Shown here: positions 29,442-38,065 of the stretch, piece by piece
How the letters are laid out: the number at the start of each line of letters is the position of its first letter
How positions within the stretch are numbered: position 1 is the stretch's first letter
Assembly (NCBI GenBank): GCA_913050005.1
Contig: CAJXBI010000004.1
Coordinates: 3,116 to 67,115, forward strand
Origin: an uncultured Bacteroidota bacterium
Lineage (GTDB): Bacteria > Bacteroidota > Bacteroidia > NS11-12g > UBA9320
DNA length: 64,000 bases
Direction of reading: 5' to 3'
Position numbers and translations under genes: made by a program
The notes under the pieces: model-generated
The model's database searches: none
Seen by the model: the letters and a program-made list of their open reading frames with translations, nothing else
What the model was told of the DNA's origin: nothing

Positions 29442-30137
29442 TTAAAGGCTGCTTATTCGGGTAGTCTTTTTTATGTGTTCATATGAGATATAACAAATCT
29501 CAAACATCAAAAAATAATAAAGAAAATCTTCAATAGGTATTGTTATAAATCGAACCCCCAAGTTTTCTGAGTTATTGTACCATACAATTGGTTTATCTAT
29601 TAAACTGCCAGTTAATATTCCATTAACAAGTACGAAGGGAACTAAAATCAAGGAGTAGCTAATATAAAATATACCCTTATTTTTTGGCTTTAATATTTTT
29701 ATTAGTGATGTGAAAAGGATTACCAATATAGAAACGAATGTGGTATATATATTGGGAAAGCCAAAGACTAAAAACAATGACGCTATAAAGATGAAAACAT
29801 AGTCTAAACTATTCTCAATATTTTTAAAGTAGTTGGGTGTTTTTAATATGACGAGTTGATCATACAAAAACATAAATGAATAAGGAATGCATAAAAAAAA
29901 CAACCATTCCTCAAGAGGTAAATGAAAAATATTTAACCCAATTAAGTATCTAGAATTAAACCCCCAAACACCTATATAAGCAAACCAAATATCCCAAGTT
30001 ACTACGAAAATCCACATTGTGGCAATAGATTTGAAAAGTATTGTCCAGCGTTTGTAGAAATGGCCAAGCTTATTAAAGCTTAGCAGTAAAGGAAAGAAGA
30101 TTGCTAAAAGATTTATCCAAAGGTACAACTGACCCAT
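29442..30137 (-). CDS. crtY: Lycopene cyclase-domain protein (fused CrtYc/CrtYd-type)
   Basis: 231-aa polytopic membrane protein with two 'P(L/I)E(E/D)' motifs ('HLPLEEWLFF', 'IPIEDFLYY'). It is the last gene of the crt operon. Confidence 0.7.
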   Translation of the reverse strand: MGQLYLWINLLAIFFPLLLSFNKLGHFYKRWTILFKSIATMWIFVVTWDIWFAYIGVWGFNSRYLIGLNIFHLPLEEWLFFLCIPYSFMFLYDQLVILKTPNYFKNIENSLDYVFIFIASLFLVFGFPNIYTTFVSILVILFTSLIKILKPKNKGIFYISYSLILVPFVLVNGILTGSLIDKPIVWYNNSENLGVRFITIPIEDFLYYFLMFEICYISYEHIKKTTRISSL

Positions 30138-30592
30138 TATTTAGCATTTTTAAAAAACTTATAAGGAACAATTAACATTCCGAAACATTCACCAAATTCT
30201 TTTTCAAGATGCTTGTGGTGAACTTTATGAGCTTTTCGAATAGCTTTCAAGTACCTGTGATTGGTTCGTTTGAAAAGCCGAAATCGTTGATGAATAAATA
30301 TGTCATGAACTAAGAAATAAGCAATTCCATACATCGCGATTCCTACACCTATGAAAAATAAATAAAAATAATTTTCTATGCTACATCCAAGTACAAAGCA
30401 TGCAGCACTAGGTATGGCAAAAATTAGAAAGAAAGCATCATTTTTTTCAAAAAAACCTGGATTTACTTGGTGGTGGTCCTTATGTAGCGTCCACAAAAAG
30501 CCATGCATGATATACTTGTGCGTAAACCAAGCTACAATCTCCATAATGGAAAATGTTACAAATGTTATGAGTATATAAAAAAGAATATTCAT
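30137..30592 (-). CDS. crtZ: Beta-carotene hydroxylase
   Basis: 151 aa. His boxes 'HKDHH', 'HDIFIH', 'HKVHHKH'. Confidence 0.85.
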   Translation of the reverse strand: MNILFYILITFVTFSIMEIVAWFTHKYIMHGFLWTLHKDHHQVNPGFFEKNDAFFLIFAIPSAACFVLGCSIENYFYLFFIGVGIAMYGIAYFLVHDIFIHQRFRLFKRTNHRYLKAIRKAHKVHHKHLEKEFGECFGMLIVPYKFFKNAK

Positions 30593-31431
30593 AGGAAGTA
30601 TGACCCTAAAGACAACCTGACTCTAGATGTAAATAACAAGCGTATTTTAGTGTAATTGGGTACTCTTAATCTGTTTGTTAATAGCTCTTCGAAACTGGCA
30701 CTTTCTAATTTTTTAAATAATTTAAAATAATAACGATATGCAATATAAACACCATATTTTGAATTTGATGGAAGTATACTAATAGCCTTTAGGGCGTGAA
30801 TGAAATCTTGTTCAATATCTTTTTGAATTTTTTCTTTAAGCTCTACGGTCCATTCTTGATTATTCATTCCTGGAAAATATATTCTTCCCAAATTGTCTTT
30901 ATCTGCTTTTAGGTCTCTTAGAAAGTTGACTTTTTGAAATGCAGAACCAAGACTCATAGCGCCGGGTCTGAGAATTTCATATTGGGCCTCGTCTTTATTA
31001 CAAAATATTCTAAGACACATTAAACCTACAACTTGCGCACTACCTAAAATATATTTATCAAATGTTTCCTTGTCATATTGCTGATCTACCAAGTCCATTT
31101 CCATACTATTAAAAAAAGCATCGATTAGCCATTTATCAATTTTGTAGTAGTTGACTGCATGTTGAAAGCTGTTGAGTATTGGGTTTAAACTTACTTTTGA
31201 GTCAATAGCATCAAACGTTTGCTTTTTATAATTATCCAGAAGCTCTGCTTTATTAAAATCGTGAAATGAATCTACAATTTCGTCAGCGAGCCTTACGAAC
31301 CCGTATATAGAGTAGATAGGCTCTCGAATAGAATTATGTAGCATCTTGATTCCTAACGAGAATGAGGTACTATATTCTTTAGTTACTTGTTTACTAACGT
31401 TAAATGATATTTTATCGAATAATTCTTTCAT
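30589..31431 (-). CDS. crtB: Phytoene synthase
   Basis: 280 aa. Asp-rich motifs 'RLADEIVD' and 'NFLRDLKADKD'. 'YCxxVAGxVG'-like 'GSAQVVGLMC'. Confidence 0.9.
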   Translation of the reverse strand: MKELFDKISFNVSKQVTKEYSTSFSLGIKMLHNSIREPIYSIYGFVRLADEIVDSFHDFNKAELLDNYKKQTFDAIDSKVSLNPILNSFQHAVNYYKIDKWLIDAFFNSMEMDLVDQQYDKETFDKYILGSAQVVGLMCLRIFCNKDEAQYEILRPGAMSLGSAFQKVNFLRDLKADKDNLGRIYFPGMNNQEWTVELKEKIQKDIEQDFIHALKAISILPSNSKYGVYIAYRYYFKLFKKLESASFEELLTNRLRVPNYTKIRLLFTSRVRLSLGSYFL

Positions 31432-32899
31432 AATTTTGATGAATTAAATTAGCTACAATTTTTCCAGAGACTATAGCAGGGGGAACGCCTGGTCCAGGAA
31501 CTGTTAGTTGACCAATATAATAAAGATTTTCGAGTTTATTGTTTTTGCATTTTGGTTTAAGAATTGCTGTCTGTTTAAGTGTATTGGCTAATCCATATGC
31601 ATTTCCTTTAAATGAGTTGTATTCAGTTATAAAATTGGAGTGAGCAAAACTTTCTTTAATTTCAATAAAAGGTCTGATATCTGTACCTATGTGTTTTTCT
31701 AAACGATCGCATATTTGTTTAAAATAAGCCTCTTTGATTTCATTCGTATCATTTAGTTCTGTTGAAACAGGTATCAAAAAAAACAGATTTTCTTTTCCGT
31801 CTGGAGCTACCTCATTGTCAGTTTTGCTTGGACAACATATGTAGAATAGAGGATTATTTGGCCATTTGTGGGTGTCGTAAATTTCTGTTGCGTGAGAGCT
31901 GAAATCTTCATCAAAAAATAGGTTGTGATGTTTAATACCATTCACTTTTCTATTCAATCCAACATAATATAATAGACTGCTCGGCGCCATAGTTCGATTA
32001 TTCCAATAATCTTCAGAGTACATCCTAAATAATTTTGGAAGCAATTTTTGTTCTGTGTGGTGGTAATCTGCCCCACTCACAATTATATCGGCTTCGTGGG
32101 TTTGATTATTTACTTTAAGACCAGTACATTTATTATTGGATATTATTATTTCAGTAACATTTGAATTAGTATGAAATTGAACACCTAAATTTTCTGCGAC
32201 AGAAACCATAGCTTGTACTATTTTATTCATTCCCCCAAGAGGGTACCATGTTCCTAAAGCCATATCTGCGTAATTCATCAAACTATACAAAGCAGGTGTG
32301 TTTTCTGGTTTTGCACCAAGAAAAAGTACAGGGAATTCTAGCAGTTCAATTAATTTTGGGTGAGTAAAATATTGTCTAATATGTTTACTAATTGACTTAA
32401 ATAAATCCAAGCTAACTGCCTTTTTTGCAATATTAAGGCTTATAAACTCAAAGTAAGATAATGAAGGTTTCGTAACAAAATCACCCATACCAACTTCATA
32501 TTTAATTTTAGCTTGTTGCAAAAACTTTTCTAATTTTTTTGCAGATCCTTTTTCGTATTTTTCAAAATAATGTTTTAAATCTTCAATTTTAGCAGGAATA
32601 TCGTCAGGTTTGTCTTTCCAAAAAACCCGATAACTAGGATCTAGCCTAACTAATTCGTAGGAGTCATTAACAGTCGTGTTAAAGTCATCAAAAAAGTCTT
32701 CAAACACATCGGGCATCCAGTACCAACTCGGACCCATATCAAATTTAAAGCCGTCTATATATTTTGTTCGGGCTCTTCCACCAAGGGTGTTATTTTTTTC
32801 AAAAACGTCTACTTTATATCCATTTTTAGCTAAGTAGCATGCGTTAGATAAAGCTGAAAATCCAGAACCAATAATTGCAACTCTCAACTGACTATCCAT
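31412..32899 (-). CDS. crtI: Phytoene desaturase
   Basis: 495 aa. N-terminal FAD fold 'VAIIGSGFSALS'. C-terminal 'GQLTVPGPGVPPAIVSG'. Confidence 0.9.
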   Translation of the reverse strand: MDSQLRVAIIGSGFSALSNACYLAKNGYKVDVFEKNNTLGGRARTKYIDGFKFDMGPSWYWMPDVFEDFFDDFNTTVNDSYELVRLDPSYRVFWKDKPDDIPAKIEDLKHYFEKYEKGSAKKLEKFLQQAKIKYEVGMGDFVTKPSLSYFEFISLNIAKKAVSLDLFKSISKHIRQYFTHPKLIELLEFPVLFLGAKPENTPALYSLMNYADMALGTWYPLGGMNKIVQAMVSVAENLGVQFHTNSNVTEIIISNNKCTGLKVNNQTHEADIIVSGADYHHTEQKLLPKLFRMYSEDYWNNRTMAPSSLLYYVGLNRKVNGIKHHNLFFDEDFSSHATEIYDTHKWPNNPLFYICCPSKTDNEVAPDGKENLFFLIPVSTELNDTNEIKEAYFKQICDRLEKHIGTDIRPFIEIKESFAHSNFITEYNSFKGNAYGLANTLKQTAILKPKCKNNKLENLYYIGQLTVPGPGVPPAIVSGKIVANLIHQNYERIIR

Positions 32900-32924
32900 A
32901 ATTATTTGCTGTAAAAATAAATAT

Positions 32925-33800
32925 TTAGCAGTTATTTTTTAAATCAACGATGGTTGAAATGAAGTGTATGTTTGAATTTTTATAAATTGTTTTATAGGTG
33001 TCTGGTAAACCATGAACAAGAATCTTACAGTCTTTAAATATTTTAATTAGATTATCTAAATAAGCGTCAATTCTTTTTTTTGATCGGAACATAGTAAATG
33101 AACATATAATATTTTCTGCATTTGTATTTATACAGCACTCTTGAACGTCAGCAATTGGCACATTTGCTCCTAGATAAATACACTCATAATTTTCTTTCCT
33201 AAGAATATAATATGAATATAGTAATCCAATTTCGTGAAATTCAGTTTCAGGTAAAAATAGTACATATCTATTTTGAGATTGAATAAAAGGTAAGCTATTT
33301 ATTGCTGAAAAAAGCTTTTGCCGAACAAGTTGGCTCGTAAAATGCTCATGAGACGGATTTGATTTATTTATAGTCCACATTAACCCAATTTTGACAAGCA
33401 ATGGGCTTATAACCGTTTCAATGGTCTCTTCTGTACCATAATTGTCAATACTTTTTTGATAGACCGTTTCAAAGAGCTTATTGTCACATGTGTGTGTAGC
33501 TATAATTAAGTCGTTAATTAATACAGTTTTAGCTGCATCATTACTTTGTTTTTCTAATTCTTCAATCTTAAGGTTAAGATCTTCGTAAGATAAAGCACTA
33601 GCCTTACTAATCTTCATTCCGTTATTGAGAACAGAAACTAGATTTAGAAGTTTTTTCAAGTCATCGTGATTGTAATACCTAATATTCGTTGGTGTTCTTT
33701 TGGGAGCAAAGATGGAATATCTTTTTTCCCAAGTGCGAATAGTGTGAGCTTTTACGCCAGTTATATTCTCTAAATCTTTAATACTCAGTGTGTTAATCAT
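32925..33800 (-). CDS. MerR-family regulator with C-terminal B12-binding domain (CarH/LitR-type light sensor)
   Basis: 291 aa. MerR HTH 'LSIKDLENITGVKAHTIRTWEKRY'. W142-x9-E152-H153 ('WTINKSNPSHEH') and 'E-F-H189-E-I-G' (ExHxxG) B12 motifs. Directly upstream of crtI. Confidence 0.8.
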   Translation of the reverse strand: MINTLSIKDLENITGVKAHTIRTWEKRYSIFAPKRTPTNIRYYNHDDLKKLLNLVSVLNNGMKISKASALSYEDLNLKIEELEKQSNDAAKTVLINDLIIATHTCDNKLFETVYQKSIDNYGTEETIETVISPLLVKIGLMWTINKSNPSHEHFTSQLVRQKLFSAINSLPFIQSQNRYVLFLPETEFHEIGLLYSYYILRKENYECIYLGANVPIADVQECCINTNAENIICSFTMFRSKKRIDAYLDNLIKIFKDCKILVHGLPDTYKTIYKNSNIHFISTIVDLKNNC

Positions 33801-33899
33801 CTCTACAACTTATTAGACTAATGATAATACAATGAAAGTCGGTATTTTGTTTTAAAACGAAATAAAAACTTAGCGAAATAACTGATAAATAGATGAGCT

Positions 33900-34022
33900 T
33901 TACATCCAACCCATATCTACTTTGGTTTTATTTTTAGTTCTACAATTTTTTTGATTGGCGCACGAATTTGTAGTTAAAATAATTGATAAAGCTACAATAA
34001 GTAAAAGTTTTATTTTGATCAT
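33900..34022 (-). CDS. Possible 40-aa lipoprotein (not in the supplied ORF track)
   Basis: My translation gives MIKIKLLLIVALSIILTTNSCANQKNCRTKNKTKVDMGWM*. It has a signal peptide plus a lipobox-like 'TNSC', and lies in the 256-bp gap between two minus-strand genes. Confidence 0.3.
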   Translation of the reverse strand: MIKIKLLLIVALSIILTTNSCANQKNCRTKNKTKVDMGWM

Positions 34023-34056
34023 TACAAGTATTATATAAAACGTTGATACTTAAATT

Positions 34057-35148
34057 TTATTCTAATGATTGAAGAGCGTTAAGATACCTTTCTGGAGTTT
34101 CACCGTTTGCTGCAATTAAGTAATCCTCGTATGAGCAAGGTATAGTTAATGTAAGGTCTAAATTATCAGGCTCTGCAGGGTGTTCAATTTTCATCCACCA
34201 TCGCGATGTTAGCTTACTTTTGAGAAATAATATTGGGGTGTTGTGGTCGTTAAAATCACAGCGATACTTCGTGAAATCTTGATGATTTTCGGGTTTATCA
34301 TTCACTCTACTGTAAAATCCGTCAATGAAATACCAAATTAACTGTGAACAAAGTGCGGCGGTTAATCCATTATTATCCAACAGAGGCAGATATCCAAAAA
34401 GTCCAAAACATTGATTTTCATCACTCATGCCAGAGTATTTTGAAATTTGGCAAGCTTCTTCACTTGTTAGACCGCTTGGATTTATCGTTTCTTTACCAGG
34501 TGCGTCAGAATATTGAATAGCATTAATATCAAATAGAGTTAAATTAGAATCCCTCAAGTACAATTCAGACTCTTCGATATTACTTTTAAGTTGACCTAAT
34601 CTCACTAATTTTATTTTTTTATTTTTTGATAAATCAAGTTTTTCAGGAGTTGCGTAATGATTTTGGTATGCTAATAAATGGATAGCATTATTTTTTTTTG
34701 CTTCATTCTCAGTAATTCTATTTAATAGCTGATTTTTAGCAATGGGTATTTTTGAGGAAATATATGTCAATTGTATCTGATTTCTTACTTGTTTAATCCC
34801 CTGGTATAAAGCAAATCCTTGATCTATATCCTCTCCTATGATAATGGGAACTATATTTAATTTTATTAATTCATCAATAACTAAATTTAATGTAAATTGA
34901 TAGTCCTGTTCATTTTCATGACTTTTTACATTCCCTAAATCTGCAATCGAATTTTTCATCTGACTGATTTCACTTAGCTGATATAAGTGTTTTCGAATAT
35001 TGTTGCTGTTTTCAGATTGGCCAATTAATGCAATTTTTACTTTTTCAAGATTCGGAAAATTGGATGTGTAAGAGCTGATAATCGATCCAAATTCTAATTC
35101 AGCTGATTTGAAGTCAAGTTGTAATTTATTGAAGTAATATTCAAGCAT
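34057..35148 (-). CDS. Arginase/formiminoglutamase-fold protein with apparently degenerate metal ligands
   Basis: 363 aa. 'PIIIGEDIDQG' where the family has 'GGDHS'. 'LFDINAIQYSDAPG' where the family has 'S.D.D..DP..APG'. No clear DAHxD block by eye. Confidence 0.45.
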   Translation of the reverse strand: MLEYYFNKLQLDFKSAELEFGSIISSYTSNFPNLEKVKIALIGQSENSNNIRKHLYQLSEISQMKNSIADLGNVKSHENEQDYQFTLNLVIDELIKLNIVPIIIGEDIDQGFALYQGIKQVRNQIQLTYISSKIPIAKNQLLNRITENEAKKNNAIHLLAYQNHYATPEKLDLSKNKKIKLVRLGQLKSNIEESELYLRDSNLTLFDINAIQYSDAPGKETINPSGLTSEEACQISKYSGMSDENQCFGLFGYLPLLDNNGLTAALCSQLIWYFIDGFYSRVNDKPENHQDFTKYRCDFNDHNTPILFLKSKLTSRWWMKIEHPAEPDNLDLTLTIPCSYEDYLIAANGETPERYLNALQSLE

Positions 35149-35188
35149 TCAATATATTCGTAGTCTGCAAAACTAAACTAAGAATCTT

Positions 35189-36199
35189 ATGATTTTTGCC
35201 ATAACTGGATCCACGGGTTTTTTAGGTGTACACATTATTCATCACTTATTAAAAATGGGGCATGATGTAAGGGCTATATATCGATCGAAATCATCATTTA
35301 ATGAATTTGAGCTAGTAAAGAACTACTACAAGTTATCTTCGAGTAACTACGATAATTTAATTTGGCGTGAGTGTGAGCTTTATGATGTTACAGGGTTGAG
35401 TGAGATTTTTCAAGAATGTGATTATGTTATTCACTTGGCTGGGATGATATCATATTCGAGTAAAGACAAAACAAAAATGATTCGTGTCAATCAAGCATAT
35501 ACAGCTCATGTTGTGAATGCTGCGATCAATTCCAGTATAAAAAAACTTCTTTATTGCAGTAGCATAGCAGCAATATCCAAAAACGATATTCATGAAATTA
35601 TTGATGAGAATGTTGATTGGTCTTCAGAACAACCTCACAGTCATTATGGGTACACAAAACATTTAGGAGAAAATGAAATTTGGAGAGGTAAAGCGGAGGG
35701 TTTGTCTGTTACAATTGTAAACCCAGGAATAATTCTAGGGTATGGAGATTGGCAAAAAGGATCTAATCAGCTTTTTAAAAATTCTTTTAAAGAGTTGTGG
35801 CTTAACAGCACGGGTGTTACTGGTTTTGTGGGTGTAGAGGATGTGTCAAAAATGATTGAAAAACTATGTTTATCTGATGTAAATGGAGAACGATTTATAC
35901 TCGTATCCGAAAACAAAACATTTAAAAGTGTAGCATATAAAATGGCCAATGCATTCAAAAAAAGAGCACCATTTATAGAAGTAAAGGGAATTCTTTACCA
36001 ATTAATTTATTGGGTTATTTCAACCTTAGAATTTATTGGATTAAGAAGAATGCTTACCAGAGAAACTGTAAAGGCAAGCATTTCTAAGAATTATTTTTCA
36101 AATCAAAAGGTACAAGCTTATTTAAACATGGAATTCGAACCTGTGGATTCCGTTATAGAACAAGCGTCTAAATGGTATAAAGAAAGCCCTTCTTTGTAG
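35189..36199 (+). CDS. NAD(P)-dependent epimerase/dehydratase-family (extended SDR) protein
   Basis: 336 aa. Rossmann 'ITGSTGFLG'. Catalytic 'YGYTKHL' (YxxxK). Confidence 0.8.
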   Translation: MIFAITGSTGFLGVHIIHHLLKMGHDVRAIYRSKSSFNEFELVKNYYKLSSSNYDNLIWRECELYDVTGLSEIFQECDYVIHLAGMISYSSKDKTKMIRVNQAYTAHVVNAAINSSIKKLLYCSSIAAISKNDIHEIIDENVDWSSEQPHSHYGYTKHLGENEIWRGKAEGLSVTIVNPGIILGYGDWQKGSNQLFKNSFKELWLNSTGVTGFVGVEDVSKMIEKLCLSDVNGERFILVSENKTFKSVAYKMANAFKKRAPFIEVKGILYQLIYWVISTLEFIGLRRMLTRETVKASISKNYFSNQKVQAYLNMEFEPVDSVIEQASKWYKESPSL

Positions 36200-36209
36200 A
36201 AAAGGGCTT
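36184..36209. terminator. Possible bidirectional hairpin between convergent SDR and rplY genes
   Basis: AAGCCCTT-(10 nt)-AAGGGCTT spanning the SDR stop codon. The flanking T/A runs are weak. Confidence 0.35.
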
Positions 36210-36230
36210 CTAATAATTTTGAGAATAGAC

Positions 36231-36863
36231 TTATTCCTCTTCTTTGTCTTTAATAGCTTCTCCTCCTTCTTCAGAAGTTGAATCTTCCTCTTCGTCTTCT
36301 CCATCGGCAGCACTTCTAGCAGCACGTGTTACAACGCAAGAAACAATTGAATTATTTTCAGAATCAAGCAGTTGAAGGTTGTCAACATTAATATCTTTCA
36401 CTTTGACACTTTTCCCTATTTCTAAATCGCTAATATCAACCTCAATAAATTCTGGTAAATCTGTTATTAAACCAGAAACATTTAATTTTTTGATTTTAAG
36501 CTGTAAATTTCCACCAGCCATCACTCCTGGTGATTTACCAACGACTTTTACAGGAACAGGAATAGATAGTGGACTATTAGCATCTACCTCACAAAAATCT
36601 GCATGTATGATATCTTCCGATACAGGGTGAAATTGCATTTCTTGTACTTTGGCAAGCTTAACATTACTTCCAATTGAAACCTGAACAAGGTAAGTATTTG
36701 GAGTATATACTAAATTCTTGAAGTCAGCTTGATAAACAGAAAAATTCACATTTTCGTTTTTACCATAAATTACACAAGGAACTTTACCTTCTTTTCTTAC
36801 TTTTTTGGTAGCGGATTTTCCTAACCCATCTCTTACATCACCTTTTAACGCGATTACTTTCAT
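36231..36863 (-). CDS. rplY: 50S ribosomal protein L25/general stress protein Ctc
   Basis: 210 aa. 'GKSATKKVRKEGKVPCVIYG'. Acidic C-terminal tail. Confidence 0.92.
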   Translation of the reverse strand: MKVIALKGDVRDGLGKSATKKVRKEGKVPCVIYGKNENVNFSVYQADFKNLVYTPNTYLVQVSIGSNVKLAKVQEMQFHPVSEDIIHADFCEVDANSPLSIPVPVKVVGKSPGVMAGGNLQLKIKKLNVSGLITDLPEFIEVDISDLEIGKSVKVKDINVDNLQLLDSENNSIVSCVVTRAARSAADGEDEEEDSTSEEGGEAIKDKEEE

Positions 36864-36885
36864 TTTCTTAACTATTAAATTCTCT

Positions 36886-37857
36886 TTAAATTAATTCTTT
36901 TTGATAGGAGTCAGATATATTGAATAGTGAGCTTATAGATCCAAATTCACTGACATTTCTAATGGCGTTGGCGAATAAATTATCAACGCTTAATACTTTG
37001 ATTTTTTTATAATCTCCTTTTTTGATAGGAATTGTGTCACAAAGTATAATTTCTTCGAGTACAGAGTTTTCTAAATTATCATACGCCTTTCCACTTAAAA
37101 CAGGGTGAGTACACACTGCTCGAACAGATTTTGCTCCTTTATCTTTAATTAATGCAGCGGCTTTGCAAAGTGTGTTAGCAGTATCACATATGTCATCAAT
37201 TAATACAACATCCTTACCACTTACATCACCAATTACAGTCATTGAAGCGACTTCATTTGCACGTTTTCTAGCTTTATCACAAATAACCATTTCTACCCCT
37301 AAATACTTAGCAAATTCACGTACACGCTTTGTTGCACCAACATCTGGAGCAGCAAGCAATAAATTTTCTGAGGGTAAATTTTTTATGTATGGAATAAATA
37401 TGACTGTTGAGTCAAGGTGATCAACAGGAATATCGAAAAAACCTTGGATTTGAGGTGCGTGTAAATCCATAGTCATTACACGATTAGCCCCAGCAGCAGA
37501 CAAGATGTTTGCTATCATTTTGGAACTAATAGGAACCCTAGGTTTATCTTTTCGATCTTGCCGGGCTAATCCAAAATACGGAATTACTGCTACCACTTTG
37601 TGAGCAGAAGCTCTTTTAGCAGCATCGATAAGCATAAGTAATTCCATTATATTGTCTGCAGGAGGCATAGTGGATTGGATTATGAACACATCACATCCAC
37701 GAACACTTTCATCAATGCAGGGCTGAAATTCGCCATCACTGAAATTATTTAAGGTTACATTTCCTAAACCTTTTCCATATGCTCTAGCAATTTTATTTGC
37801 TATAGATTTAGATCCAGAGCCAGCAAAAATCTTTACTTTATTTATAAAAGAGGGCAT
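36886..37857 (-). CDS. prs: Ribose-phosphate pyrophosphokinase
   Basis: 'FSDGE', 'ARQDRK', 'DLHAPQIQGFF', 'VLIDDICDTANT'. I prefer ATG 37857 ('MPSFINKVKIFAG') over 37896. Confidence 0.95.
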   Translation of the reverse strand: MPSFINKVKIFAGSGSKSIANKIARAYGKGLGNVTLNNFSDGEFQPCIDESVRGCDVFIIQSTMPPADNIMELLMLIDAAKRASAHKVVAVIPYFGLARQDRKDKPRVPISSKMIANILSAAGANRVMTMDLHAPQIQGFFDIPVDHLDSTVIFIPYIKNLPSENLLLAAPDVGATKRVREFAKYLGVEMVICDKARKRANEVASMTVIGDVSGKDVVLIDDICDTANTLCKAAALIKDKGAKSVRAVCTHPVLSGKAYDNLENSVLEEIILCDTIPIKKGDYKKIKVLSVDNLFANAIRNVSEFGSISSLFNISDSYQKELI

Positions 37858-37960
37858 CTTATTTGTTTTACTTTCACTGTAATAAACAGTTATCATAAAC
37901 TATTGGAATAGTTGTTCCTTTAGACTATGTAATATTAAAAAAGTTTCTCAACCTTTTAAA

Positions 37961-38036
37961 TGGTTGGCCGACCAGGGCTCGAACCTGGACTCTTCTGTAC
38001 CAAAAACAGACGTGTTGCCAGTTACACCATCAGCCA
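37961..38036 (-). tRNA. tRNA-Gln (anticodon UUG), CCA encoded
   Basis: Hand-folded cloverleaf: acceptor TGGCTGA/TCGGCCA, anticodon stem TCTGT/ACAGA with loop TTTTGGT, T-arm CCAGG-TTCGAGC-CCTGG, 3' ACCA. Confidence 0.88.
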
Positions 38037-38065
38037 TTTTGGGGTGCAAATTTATAGTTGTTTTT

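Noticed and set aside
33801-33899. CarH/LitR operator repeats upstream of the MerR/B12 regulator
   Set aside because: I looked for 11-bp-spaced direct repeats or a clear palindrome. I found only two TACAA pentamers 24 nt apart, which is not convincing by eye and needs footprinting or comparative alignment.
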